Assembly (NCBI GenBank): GCA_951812955.1
Contig: OX638340.1
Span: forward strand, 640,001 to 704,000
Direction of reading: 5' to 3'
Source: an uncultured Gemmatimonadota bacterium
Lineage (GTDB): Bacteria; JAAXHH01
Length of the DNA: 64,000 nt
Under the pieces are notes generated by a model. It worked only from the letters and a program-made list of their open reading frames with translations, was not told the origin of the DNA and searched no databases. Shown one piece after another: positions 26,011-34,655 of the stretch. Numbering within the stretch: the stretch's first letter is position 1; every line of letters begins with the position of its first letter. A program made the translations under genes and the position numbers.

Positions 26011-27468
26011 ATGCTGGACTGTCTGACGGAACGCGGAACCGTGTCCGCCGACGTTGAAGCCTTCGAAAACGCACTGGCGTGCTCGCCAGAGAGCCCCTAC
26101 GGCCCGCTGGGAGCGCGATTCTCCGTCAAAAAACCGATTTATGTGGTCAGGGCTCCAGCGCGGCTGGACTGCATGGGTGGCATAGCGGACTACAGTGGTT
26201 CACTGGTTTGCGAGATGACACTCGACCAGGCCGTTTTGTTGGGCATCCAGGCACGGGACGACCGGAAGGTGGTCATACACAGCGCGGGCGTCGACGTACT
26301 CGGCATGTCGCCGGACGTTACGCTGGCCCTCGACGACCTGGCACCCGGTGGAAGTACCGTAGACTACGATACCGTAAAACGTAGTTTCTCCCGGACGCCG
26401 GAATCGGCCTGGGCAGCGTACGTGGCCGGGGCTTTCAGCGTGTTGCAGGGGGAAAGGCACGTGGATCGTTTCCCCCACGGCGCCACCATCGTGCTCGTGA
26501 GCGACATCCCGCTTCGGGTGGGCGTCTCTTCCTCAGCCGCGCTGGAAATCGCCGCCATGCAGGGACTGAACCTGCTCTACGGGACCGACCTTGACGGGAT
26601 GACGCTGGCCGTCCTTTCCCAGAAGGTGGAAAACCACGTGGTCGGCGCGGCCTGCGGCATCATGGACCAGGTCACCTGCGCCATGGGGACCCGGGACTGC
26701 CTGCTTTCCCTGTTCTGCCAGCCCCATACCGTACAGGAACAGATTCCCTTGCCGGAAGGGGTTCGTTTTATCGGTATAAACTCCGGCGTCCGTCGGGAGA
26801 TCAAGAGCTCGCGGTATACAAACAGCCGAATCGGCGCGTTCATGGGCCTTGCGATCATACGGGATAACCTGCGTTCCGGCAACGGAACGGCCTCAAATCC
26901 CCGCCTTGGTTACCTGTGCAATCTGTCCACCAGAGAATACGTGGATTTCTACCGATCCCTGCTGCCATCAAGCATCCTGGGGCGGGAGTTTACGCGGCGG
27001 TACGTAACCACGCCCGACCCGGTGACGACCGTTGACCCGGCGGTACGGTATATGGTGCGCAGCCGCGTGGAACACCCGGTTTACGAACACCGCAGGGTGA
27101 AAGAATTCACCGAATGTATCCGTTCGGCAGGAACCACGGACAAACCGGGACTTCTCGAGCGGGCAGGCAGGTTGATGTATGCCTCCGACTGGAGTTACAC
27201 GCACCGCTGCGGACTCGGCTGCGCCGAGACGTCCTGGATCGTCCGCGAGATCAGGAAACTGGGCGTTGAAGCGGGATTCTATGGCGCCAAGATAACGGGA
27301 GGCGGCGCTGGGGGAACGGTCGCCGTAGCCGGAGACGATCGCATGTTCGGCCACCTGGACAACCTGCTCGAGCGCTACGGTGAATCCACCGGTATCGAGG
27401 CACGGCTCTTTAACGGGACTTCGTCGGGCGCACTGGAATTCGGGCACCGAGTCTACCGAATAACCTGA
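26011..27468 (+). CDS. GHMP-family sugar-1-kinase (fucokinase/galactokinase/arabinokinase-like)
   Basis: 485 aa. The N-terminal RAPARLDCMGGIADYSG resembles the fucokinase/GalK RAPARIDLAGGWSD/GEHTDY motif. Has the GHMP motif 2 (PLRVGVSSSAALE) and motif 3 (GAKITGGGAGGTV). Confidence 0.7.
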   Translation: MLDCLTERGTVSADVEAFENALACSPESPYGPLGARFSVKKPIYVVRAPARLDCMGGIADYSGSLVCEMTLDQAVLLGIQARDDRKVVIHSAGVDVLGMSPDVTLALDDLAPGGSTVDYDTVKRSFSRTPESAWAAYVAGAFSVLQGERHVDRFPHGATIVLVSDIPLRVGVSSSAALEIAAMQGLNLLYGTDLDGMTLAVLSQKVENHVVGAACGIMDQVTCAMGTRDCLLSLFCQPHTVQEQIPLPEGVRFIGINSGVRREIKSSRYTNSRIGAFMGLAIIRDNLRSGNGTASNPRLGYLCNLSTREYVDFYRSLLPSSILGREFTRRYVTTPDPVTTVDPAVRYMVRSRVEHPVYEHRRVKEFTECIRSAGTTDKPGLLERAGRLMYASDWSYTHRCGLGCAETSWIVREIRKLGVEAGFYGAKITGGGAGGTVAVAGDDRMFGHLDNLLERYGESTGIEARLFNGTSSGALEFGHRVYRIT

Positions 27469-27502
27469 GCGGGTTGCACCGGATTCGAGGGAGTTGCAGG
27501 CA

Positions 27503-28420
27503 TTGAATCGTATTCGAAAAGCGGTCATACCCATTGCGGGACACGGCATCCGCATGATGCCGGCGACCCGTGCGGTACGCAAAGCGCTGTTTCCCATCGT
27601 GGACGACCGCGGACGGGTACGTCCCGTACTTCAGTTGATCATCGAGGAAGCGCTCAACGCGGAAATCGAGGAAATCGGCCTGGTGATCGCACCGGAAGAC
27701 AAGGCCCATATTGGCGCCTACTTCTCGCGGTTGCCCGGCCCGTTAAAAAAAGTAATTGGAAATCACGAAGAATTGCTGGAAGCGGCCGAGTTGCCGGGTC
27801 GTATTGCGGATAAACTGACCATAATCACCCAGGATCGCCCCAACGGACTCGGCGATGCCGTACTCCGAGCGGCGCCCTGGATCGGCGGCGACCCTTTCCT
27901 GGTCATGCTCGGTGACCACCTGTACCTCAGCCATGAAAAAAGATGCTGTGCGCGCCAGTTGCTGGACGCCTACGCGGATCTGCAGGCCCCGGTATCGGGT
28001 TTGATCCGCAAGCCCGTAGATGCCATCGGACATTTCGGCACGGTTTCAGGTCGACCCGAACCCCGCTCGAAAGGGCTTTATGCCCTTGACGCCGTGGTGG
28101 AAAAACCGGATATAAACCTTGCGCGTGACCGGTTGCGCGTGGAGGGGCTGCCGAAAGATACGTATTACTGCTGGTTTGGCCTGCACGCCATGAAGCCTGA
28201 CATCTTCGACTGCCTGGCGCGGATGGAAAGGGACGGCGCCGCGGATGGCGGAGAACTGCAGCTGACCGGGGCGCAGGCCATGTTATCGAAGCAGCGAACA
28301 ACCTACGGACTGGAAATCAACGGCGAGCACTTCGACACAGGCTCGCCGCGTGGATACGTCGATGCCGTCACGGCTTTCGCCGATCCCGCCGGTTTTTCCG
28401 GGAATCCTGACAACCGGTAA
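27503..28420 (+). CDS. Sugar-1-phosphate nucleotidyltransferase (GalU/UDP-sugar pyrophosphorylase-like)
   Basis: The N-terminal KAVIPIAGHGIRMMPATRAVRKALFPIV matches the GalU KAVIPAAGLGTRFLPATK..PKEMLPIV signature. There is no in-frame ATG before this motif. A TTG at 27503 with a GAGGGAG Shine-Dalgarno 9 nt upstream is the likely start (the ORF-track entry begins at the TTG at 27494). It begins 35 nt after the kinase stop. Confidence 0.7.
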   Translation: MNRIRKAVIPIAGHGIRMMPATRAVRKALFPIVDDRGRVRPVLQLIIEEALNAEIEEIGLVIAPEDKAHIGAYFSRLPGPLKKVIGNHEELLEAAELPGRIADKLTIITQDRPNGLGDAVLRAAPWIGGDPFLVMLGDHLYLSHEKRCCARQLLDAYADLQAPVSGLIRKPVDAIGHFGTVSGRPEPRSKGLYALDAVVEKPDINLARDRLRVEGLPKDTYYCWFGLHAMKPDIFDCLARMERDGAADGGELQLTGAQAMLSKQRTTYGLEINGEHFDTGSPRGYVDAVTAFADPAGFSGNPDNR

Positions 28421-28533
28421 AACACCGGAACGTGCGCGACCGATCGCCGACCCTGAATCATTCGAACAGTTAACCCCAAGGCGGCACAGTTCGCCTTTCA
28501 TTTCGTTCAAAACACGAAAAGGAATCCTAGACC

Positions 28534-29250
28534 ATGTCTGTACCGGAAGCTCCATCACGAGAAACGCTCGAATCCCTGCTCATACCGAGCACCGCTACGC
28601 TGACTTCCGTGCTCACGGAGTACGGGCTGTATAACACCTTCATGCACGACGTCACACCGCTCGAACCCGGCGCGCGCATGGCGGGACCGGCATTTACCCT
28701 GCGGTACATACCCGGCCGGGAAGACATCACGCACGTGCCCGTGGACAATCTGACGGATATGCAGCGCATCGGCATCGAAAGCATTCAGCAGGGCGAGGTG
28801 CTCGTGATCGACGCACGGGGTGATACCCGAGCCGGCGTCATGGGCGACATCCTCGCCACGAGAATCCAGCAGCGCGGGGCCGCGGGGGTCGTCAGCGACG
28901 GCGCATTCCGGGATACTCCGGCCATCGTGGAGACCGGAATGGCCGCGTACGCCCGGACCATGAACGCCCATAACAGCAAAAGCGTACATTATCCGAGTGA
29001 CATTCAGCGTCCCATCGCCTGCGGCGGTGTAGCGGTTTTCCCTGGAGATATCGTCGTGGGAGATACAGAAGGCGTGGTGGTCATTCCGCGCCACCTGGCC
29101 GAAGAAGTGGCGGCCAAGGCCGTCGCGCAGGAAGACCGGGAAGTGTTCATCCTGGAGAAAATCCAGCAGGGACACAGCATCATCGGCGTATACCCGCCCG
29201 ATGAGCAAACCCTCGCGGAATACGAGGCGTGGAAGGCTAAAAGGGGCTGA
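28534..29250 (+). CDS. RraA-family protein (regulator of RNase E activity A / 4-hydroxy-4-methyl-2-oxoglutarate aldolase-like)
   Basis: 238 aa. Shows the RraA/MenG-like swivelling beta/beta/alpha pattern (GDVLVIDARGD..AGVMGDILA...GAAGVVSDGAFRD). Confidence 0.65.
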   Translation: MSVPEAPSRETLESLLIPSTATLTSVLTEYGLYNTFMHDVTPLEPGARMAGPAFTLRYIPGREDITHVPVDNLTDMQRIGIESIQQGEVLVIDARGDTRAGVMGDILATRIQQRGAAGVVSDGAFRDTPAIVETGMAAYARTMNAHNSKSVHYPSDIQRPIACGGVAVFPGDIVVGDTEGVVVIPRHLAEEVAAKAVAQEDREVFILEKIQQGHSIIGVYPPDEQTLAEYEAWKAKRG

Positions 29251-29254
29251 ACGC

Positions 29255-31570
29255 TCAGCCGGTGGCCAAATCCGCGATTCGTTGCAGGGCCACCACCGCC
29301 AGCAGTCTCTCCTCGGCGTGCAGGGCCCTGTTCCGGCCTTCGGATTCCAGGCCCGACAGTACCCTGTACGCTAGTTCCACCCCTTCCAAACCCGCCGAAG
29401 AATCTCCCGCAGGCGCCGCATCCACGGCAGAAACGTCCGGTAAATCGGTACGCACCGTGCGAAGTACTTCCCTTGCGATTTCGACGAGTTGCTTCAGCAT
29501 CTCACCGGTTTGTTGCCGTTCGAAAGCGGCCATCGCCCGGTCGACTGCGGCCGTGTACCGATCCCTCGCATCTCGCTCGACATGTGACCAGCCGCCCAGT
29601 TGCCGGCGGACGGACCGGAATAACCGTACCGTCGACCGGTCCTGGTTCATCTCACCGGCCTGAAGCAACTGATACAGGAGATCCGGGGCGCCAAGGAGAT
29701 GCCCCGCCGACATGATCAGTACACCGCGTTCGAGACTGGTTTCGCTGGTCCTGATGAGGTCCTGAAGCCGGCTCAGTATCCCGGTATTGCCCATTCTGGC
29801 CAGCGTTTCCAGGGTAGTCTGGACGATCGCGGGGTCCCGTTCGTGTTCGAGCAGGGCTTCCAGCGCCGTCTCAACGCGCCGGTCCCCGATTCGATCGAGG
29901 GCGATTACGGCGCTTCGCCGGATGCCGGGGCGTTCATCGTGAAGCAGGGTCACCAGGATGTTGAGGCTGAGCGACGACGGCACCGAGCCCAGGGCCTCCA
30001 CGGCCTCCTCGGCGATGTCAGACGATGGGTTTCCCACGCATTCGAGCAGTGGGTTCACGGCCTCTTCCGCGCCGATCCTGCTCAGGGACTGCACTGCTTC
30101 CCGCCGCACGTTGCGATCGCTGTCATCCAGCAACGCGATCAACTCGTCCACAGCCAGGTGACTTCCGGTTTCGCCCAGTTCACGGGCCGCCCGGGCCCGG
30201 ACCGTTGGATTGCTGGATTTTCCCATGCGCACCAGGTGCCAGAGGGTCGCAATGGGATTCCCCTTGCGCACCCGGTTGATCACGTCACGGGGGGAGACCT
30301 GCGAATCGGAGACCAGGCGGGCCAGCAGGCCCATGTAGGATATTCGAAGCACCCCGTTGGCGAGGAAGAGGTATTGCAGTCCCGCGAAGGTGTAGCCGAA
30401 GAAGGATACGGCAGGTATGGAGGTACACAGTTCGGCGGCTATTCCACCGATTATGGCGCCGCACGCCGCGCATCCTCTCGATACCGCGGAGTAGCATCCC
30501 AGGAATGCGGAGCGGTTGGCCGCCGGGGCCGTTTTGACGATGAGATTGAACCGGGCCGTACCCCATCCCGCGCTCATGCTGCCGCCCCAGATCTGCACCA
30601 GCGGCACCATGACCCAGTAGTTGTCCAGCGTTACGAATCCCCATCCCAGCGGGAAAATGGCCAGTCCCGTGGCGGTAAGCGACATGACCGGCTTGTAACC
30701 GTACTTGTCCGCCAGGTAGCCCCAGAATGGATTCATGATGATCGTCGCGATAGTTTGTATTGCCGAGAAAACCGCGATCTGGGCGTAGGATACTTCGAGC
30801 GTCCGCAGCATGTAGACCGTGAAGAATGGCGCGGCGATCTGGGCGATGACGAGCCGCCCTGAAACCAGGAACATCAATTTGCGAAAAGGAGCGTGCCGGA
30901 AGGGGAGACGAAGCAGCTGGTTCGGCGGGACGCGCTCGCCCCTGCTCTTTCGCGGTTCGGGAATGCACGACCAGGCCCAGATCCCGAATCCTGAAAAGAC
31001 CACGGCCACGATGAATATGATACTGAAACCCTCCTGCGAGTCGCCCGCGGCGTATGTACTCAGGAAGAATCCCGCGCACACCGACGTGATCAGGCCGGCG
31101 GACGCCGTCAGGCTGCGCTGGCGCGCGACGAAGCGGCCGCGGATCTCGTCGGGAATCAGGTCGGTCAGCCAGGACTGACGCGCCGGAGAAACCAGGGACA
31201 TGGCGGCTTTCGATAAAGCGATGCAGGCTATGAGCGCCAGTAGTTGGTTCCCTTCGAAGAAGAGAAAGGGAATGAAGGCGATGGGCAGCCAGAGGGATGT
31301 GCTGACGCCATTGGCAAGCAGGCACAGCGTTTTGCGCCGGGGCAGGCGTTCGATAAGTAGCGGAGAGAAAGCCTGTAACAACTGACCGATGGAAATGGAG
31401 GCGGAAATAAAGCCGATCATGGCGGTGGATGCACCGAGATGCAGGGCGTAACCGGTGGTGTAAACGCCGGTGGTTATCGCGGAATGGACCGACTCGAGCA
31501 TGCCGTTCACGTTCCACATGCGCATTCCGCGCGCCGTCTGCAACCGGGTCAGTTTTCTCTCTTGTTGCAC
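29255..31570 (-). CDS. Fusion protein: N-terminal MFS transporter (about 12 TM) plus C-terminal HEAT/PBS-lyase-like repeat domain
   Basis: 771 aa. The first roughly 420 aa are polytopic (MFS-like, two 6-TM halves, with a GYLADKYGYKP loop). The C-terminal roughly 350 aa carry repeated DxxxxVRxxAxxALxxIG units (NVRREAVQSLSRIG, RPGIRRSAVIALDRIG, NPTVRARAARELGETG) typical of PBS-lyase HEAT-like repeats. Confidence 0.65.
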   Translation of the reverse strand: MQQERKLTRLQTARGMRMWNVNGMLESVHSAITTGVYTTGYALHLGASTAMIGFISASISIGQLLQAFSPLLIERLPRRKTLCLLANGVSTSLWLPIAFIPFLFFEGNQLLALIACIALSKAAMSLVSPARQSWLTDLIPDEIRGRFVARQRSLTASAGLITSVCAGFFLSTYAAGDSQEGFSIIFIVAVVFSGFGIWAWSCIPEPRKSRGERVPPNQLLRLPFRHAPFRKLMFLVSGRLVIAQIAAPFFTVYMLRTLEVSYAQIAVFSAIQTIATIIMNPFWGYLADKYGYKPVMSLTATGLAIFPLGWGFVTLDNYWVMVPLVQIWGGSMSAGWGTARFNLIVKTAPAANRSAFLGCYSAVSRGCAACGAIIGGIAAELCTSIPAVSFFGYTFAGLQYLFLANGVLRISYMGLLARLVSDSQVSPRDVINRVRKGNPIATLWHLVRMGKSSNPTVRARAARELGETGSHLAVDELIALLDDSDRNVRREAVQSLSRIGAEEAVNPLLECVGNPSSDIAEEAVEALGSVPSSLSLNILVTLLHDERPGIRRSAVIALDRIGDRRVETALEALLEHERDPAIVQTTLETLARMGNTGILSRLQDLIRTSETSLERGVLIMSAGHLLGAPDLLYQLLQAGEMNQDRSTVRLFRSVRRQLGGWSHVERDARDRYTAAVDRAMAAFERQQTGEMLKQLVEIAREVLRTVRTDLPDVSAVDAAPAGDSSAGLEGVELAYRVLSGLESEGRNRALHAEERLLAVVALQRIADLATG

Positions 31571-31573
31571 GAT

Positions 31574-33079
31574 CTACAGTCTCCGGTTCCTGGACAGTAT
31601 CCAGCTTACCGCCGTACCGACGGCAAGATTCACGCCCAATGCCATCGGACTGATCCACATGAAGCTGACTGGGTCGCTCCCATCGGGCAGCATGCCGAAC
31701 AGCGGCCCGGAGAAGGCGATCAGCGAAGCGGTGAGGATGCCGCACACGGCGCCCGCGACGACGCCGGCCGGGCGGGCGAACGGCACGAACAACGCGAAGA
31801 CGAACAGGGCGAAAATGGGCGTCGTCAGCAGGTTCGAAGTCTTGTTGGTTACCGCCGTGATGTTGCCGGGCACCAGTTCCATCAGCGAGCTCGCGCCCAC
31901 GACAATGGCGCCGATGACGAATGCGAGCGATTTCGCCGTCCGCGTCAGCTGTTTCTCGGTCGCCGGGGATTTTCTGAACCGGCCGATGAAATCCGTCGAA
32001 ACCACTGCCGTAATAGCGTTGACCCCCGAGTCCAGGCTCGACATGGCGGCTGCGAACATGGCGGCTACCACGAATCCGGACACGCCGGGGGGAAGATAGT
32101 AGGCAATGTAATGGGGGAACACGTGGTCCGCCCGGCCGGCCAGGTCGGTACTGGCGGGCAGCAGATCGGGCTGGGCCTGGAAGAAGCCCAGGAGCGCGAA
32201 ACCGGCCACCCACAGGGTGATCCCGATGCAGAGCCCCACCAGTTGCTGGGTCAGGTACGACCGCCGGGCCGCGCGGGCGTCGGTCGTCGCCATGAAGCGC
32301 TGTACCACGGTCTGGTCTCCCCCGGCCGTGGCTATGGCCCACGTCATGGACGCCAACATGGATCCGATCACGGTCAGTCGCACGGACGGGTCCAGACTGA
32401 AGACCGGCTGTTCGTCCCAGTGAGGCTGCCAGGAATTCGGAATCCAACCGAATCCGTCGAAATGCATGGTAACCGTGACGATAACCAGGATGGCGCCTCC
32501 GAGCATGAGCAGGGTTTGCATCGTATCGGTGATCACCACCGCCCGCAGGCCGCCGAGTGAGGTGTAAACAACCGCGACGAACCCGGTAACCAGCGTGATG
32601 GCGGGGATCCAGTCATCTCCCACGCCCAGCATGACCGTCATGGCCTTGGCGGACAGGTAGATCAGGAGGGCCATCCAGACCAGTCGGAGCAGGATGAACA
32701 TGACCGCGCCCAGCAGGCGGATGCCCACGCCGAGCCGATCCTCCAGCAGCTCATAGGCGCTCGTAACGCGCGTCCGCATGTAAACCGGGATCAGTACGTA
32801 GCCCACCACCACGAAGATGATCGGGATCGTCAGGTAGTTGAGCATCCAGACGGGCCCCTTGCCGATGGCCTCGCCCGGGATGGACAGGTAGGAGATCGTG
32901 CTGAGCAGGGTGGCGAACAGTGAGAAGCCGATCAGCGTCGGCGGCATGTTCCCCCCGCCGGTGAAATACTCGCTGACCGTGCTTTGCCTTCGGCTGTAAT
33001 AGTATCCCAGCGAGATGGTCGCGAAGGCGTATCCGACGATGATGGTCCAGTCGACGAGCGTCAGTCCGCCGGAGGGCAT
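31574..33079 (-). CDS. Sodium:solute symporter (SSS/SLC5 family)
   Basis: About 500 aa from Met21 (MPSGGLTLVDWTIIVGYAFATISLGYYYSRR...), a canonical SSS N-terminus. An alternative Met at 33139 would begin 1 nt after the pyk stop. The stop lies 3 nt before the MFS::HEAT start. Confidence 0.85.
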   Translation of the reverse strand: MPSGGLTLVDWTIIVGYAFATISLGYYYSRRQSTVSEYFTGGGNMPPTLIGFSLFATLLSTISYLSIPGEAIGKGPVWMLNYLTIPIIFVVVGYVLIPVYMRTRVTSAYELLEDRLGVGIRLLGAVMFILLRLVWMALLIYLSAKAMTVMLGVGDDWIPAITLVTGFVAVVYTSLGGLRAVVITDTMQTLLMLGGAILVIVTVTMHFDGFGWIPNSWQPHWDEQPVFSLDPSVRLTVIGSMLASMTWAIATAGGDQTVVQRFMATTDARAARRSYLTQQLVGLCIGITLWVAGFALLGFFQAQPDLLPASTDLAGRADHVFPHYIAYYLPPGVSGFVVAAMFAAAMSSLDSGVNAITAVVSTDFIGRFRKSPATEKQLTRTAKSLAFVIGAIVVGASSLMELVPGNITAVTNKTSNLLTTPIFALFVFALFVPFARPAGVVAGAVCGILTASLIAFSGPLFGMLPDGSDPVSFMWISPMALGVNLAVGTAVSWILSRNRRL

Positions 33080-33140
33080 GGCGCCTCGCTTCCGTTCGTG
33101 GGCATATGCAGTATATCCAAAGACACCGAAAAAACACAAT

Positions 33141-34565
33141 CTACGGTATGGCGGCGACTCGCAGAAAGTCGGTATGACCAGGGCCCGCCGCGGGCGATCC
33201 GCCGACGATGACTATATGGTCCCCCCGGACCAGGCCACCGGCCTCCCGGGCCGCGTCGATCGACGTGCGAATCATGCCGTCGGTTCCGTCCGGCGAATCG
33301 AACTCTTCGCACTGCACGGGTTTGACGCCCCATACCAGGGCGAGACGTCGGACAGTTTCCTCATCCGGGCTCACCGCGATGACCGGAACGTTGATTCGGT
33401 ACCGGGCGGCCATCCGGGCGGTGTGGCCGGACCGCGTGCAGCAGACGATGGCCTTCGCGCGTGATTCCCGGGCAAGCACGCAGGAAGCGTGGCTGATGGC
33501 ACCGGAAACACCGTGCGTTTCGAATGGTCCAGACATACCGCCGGGCTTACGCTGGAACAGTCTTTCCTCGGCCTGTTCCGCGATGGCCGCCAGTGCGCGC
33601 ACCGCTTCCACCGGATAGGCGCCGATGGCGCTTTCTTCCGATAACATCACGGCATCCGATCCGTCGAGGACGGCATTGGCCACGTCCGCGGCCTCGGCCC
33701 GGGTGGGCCTGGGACTTTCGACCATGGAACGCAGCATCTGCGTCGCGGTGACCACGGGCCGTGCCGCGTGCAGGGCCTTGGTTATGATGTCCTTCTGTAC
33801 CAGCGGGACTTCCTGGTACGGTATTTCCACGCCCAGGTCTCCTCTCGCGACCATGAGCGCATCCACGGCCGGCAGGATGTCGTCGAGCGCATCCACGGCC
33901 TCCGGTTTCTCTATCTTCGCCATCAACGGCAGGCTCGAACCCCGGCTGTCCAGCAATGCGCGTGCGCTCATCACGTCCTTGCGGTTGCGGACGAAGGAAA
34001 GGGCGGCCATGTCCACACCCATGTCGAGCCCTTCCACCAGCAGGTCCCGGTCTTTCTCCGTGAAGGCGGCAATGCCCGACGCGCCGCGTGGTACCGTGAT
34101 GCCCTTGTGATCGGACAATATACCTCCCAGGAGCACCTTGCATCGTATATCGGGAGGTTCCACGGCCTGAATGCGCAACTCGACCAGCCCGTCCGCGAGC
34201 AAAAGGCGTTGCCCGGCTCGCACCTCGTCGGCCAGTTGCGCGTAGTTGACCGGGATGCGGGTCCGGTCTCCGGTCACGCGATCCGTAGTGAGGGTAATCT
34301 CTTCGCCCGCTCCCAGGGTTACGGGGCCGTCCCGGAATGTTCCAATGCGGATCTTGGGGCCGGGCAGGTCCTGAAGAACGGCGACGGGTTTACCGAGATC
34401 GCCCGCGGCGGATCGAATACGACGGACGCAGTCGCTATGTTCGTCGGGCGTGCCATGGGAGAAATTGAGCCGGAAGACATCGACGCCCGCTTCGAGTACC
34501 CGGCGGATCATATCGGATGAACTGATCGCGGGACCCACGGTGCAAACGATTTTGGTGCGTCGCAT
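33141..34565 (-). CDS. pyk: Pyruvate kinase
   Basis: 474 aa. Has the signature (MRRTKIVCTVGPA..., MVARGDLGVEIP) and a C-terminal allosteric domain. Confidence 0.9.
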   Translation of the reverse strand: MRRTKIVCTVGPAISSSDMIRRVLEAGVDVFRLNFSHGTPDEHSDCVRRIRSAAGDLGKPVAVLQDLPGPKIRIGTFRDGPVTLGAGEEITLTTDRVTGDRTRIPVNYAQLADEVRAGQRLLLADGLVELRIQAVEPPDIRCKVLLGGILSDHKGITVPRGASGIAAFTEKDRDLLVEGLDMGVDMAALSFVRNRKDVMSARALLDSRGSSLPLMAKIEKPEAVDALDDILPAVDALMVARGDLGVEIPYQEVPLVQKDIITKALHAARPVVTATQMLRSMVESPRPTRAEAADVANAVLDGSDAVMLSEESAIGAYPVEAVRALAAIAEQAEERLFQRKPGGMSGPFETHGVSGAISHASCVLARESRAKAIVCCTRSGHTARMAARYRINVPVIAVSPDEETVRRLALVWGVKPVQCEEFDSPDGTDGMIRTSIDAAREAGGLVRGDHIVIVGGSPAAGPGHTDFLRVAAIP

Positions 34566-34655
34566 CGGCTGGTCCTTCTGCGTGCCGTTCGCGTATAGGG
34601 GACCGGCCAGGTGCGGGTACGGCGGATGGTCCGGACCGCATCGCGCGTCCGGGGG

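Noticed and set aside
30285-32447. 720-aa ORF on the minus strand, and several other ORFs of 300-530 aa: 18679..19887, 20618..21742, 29699..30862, 31439..32560, 39966..41060, 44540..46126 and 47954..49156
   Set aside because: All lie antisense to, or out of frame within, genes with strong family signatures. Their translations are Arg/Pro/Gly-rich low-complexity sequences typical of spurious open frames in about 62% GC DNA. None has a recognisable domain pattern.
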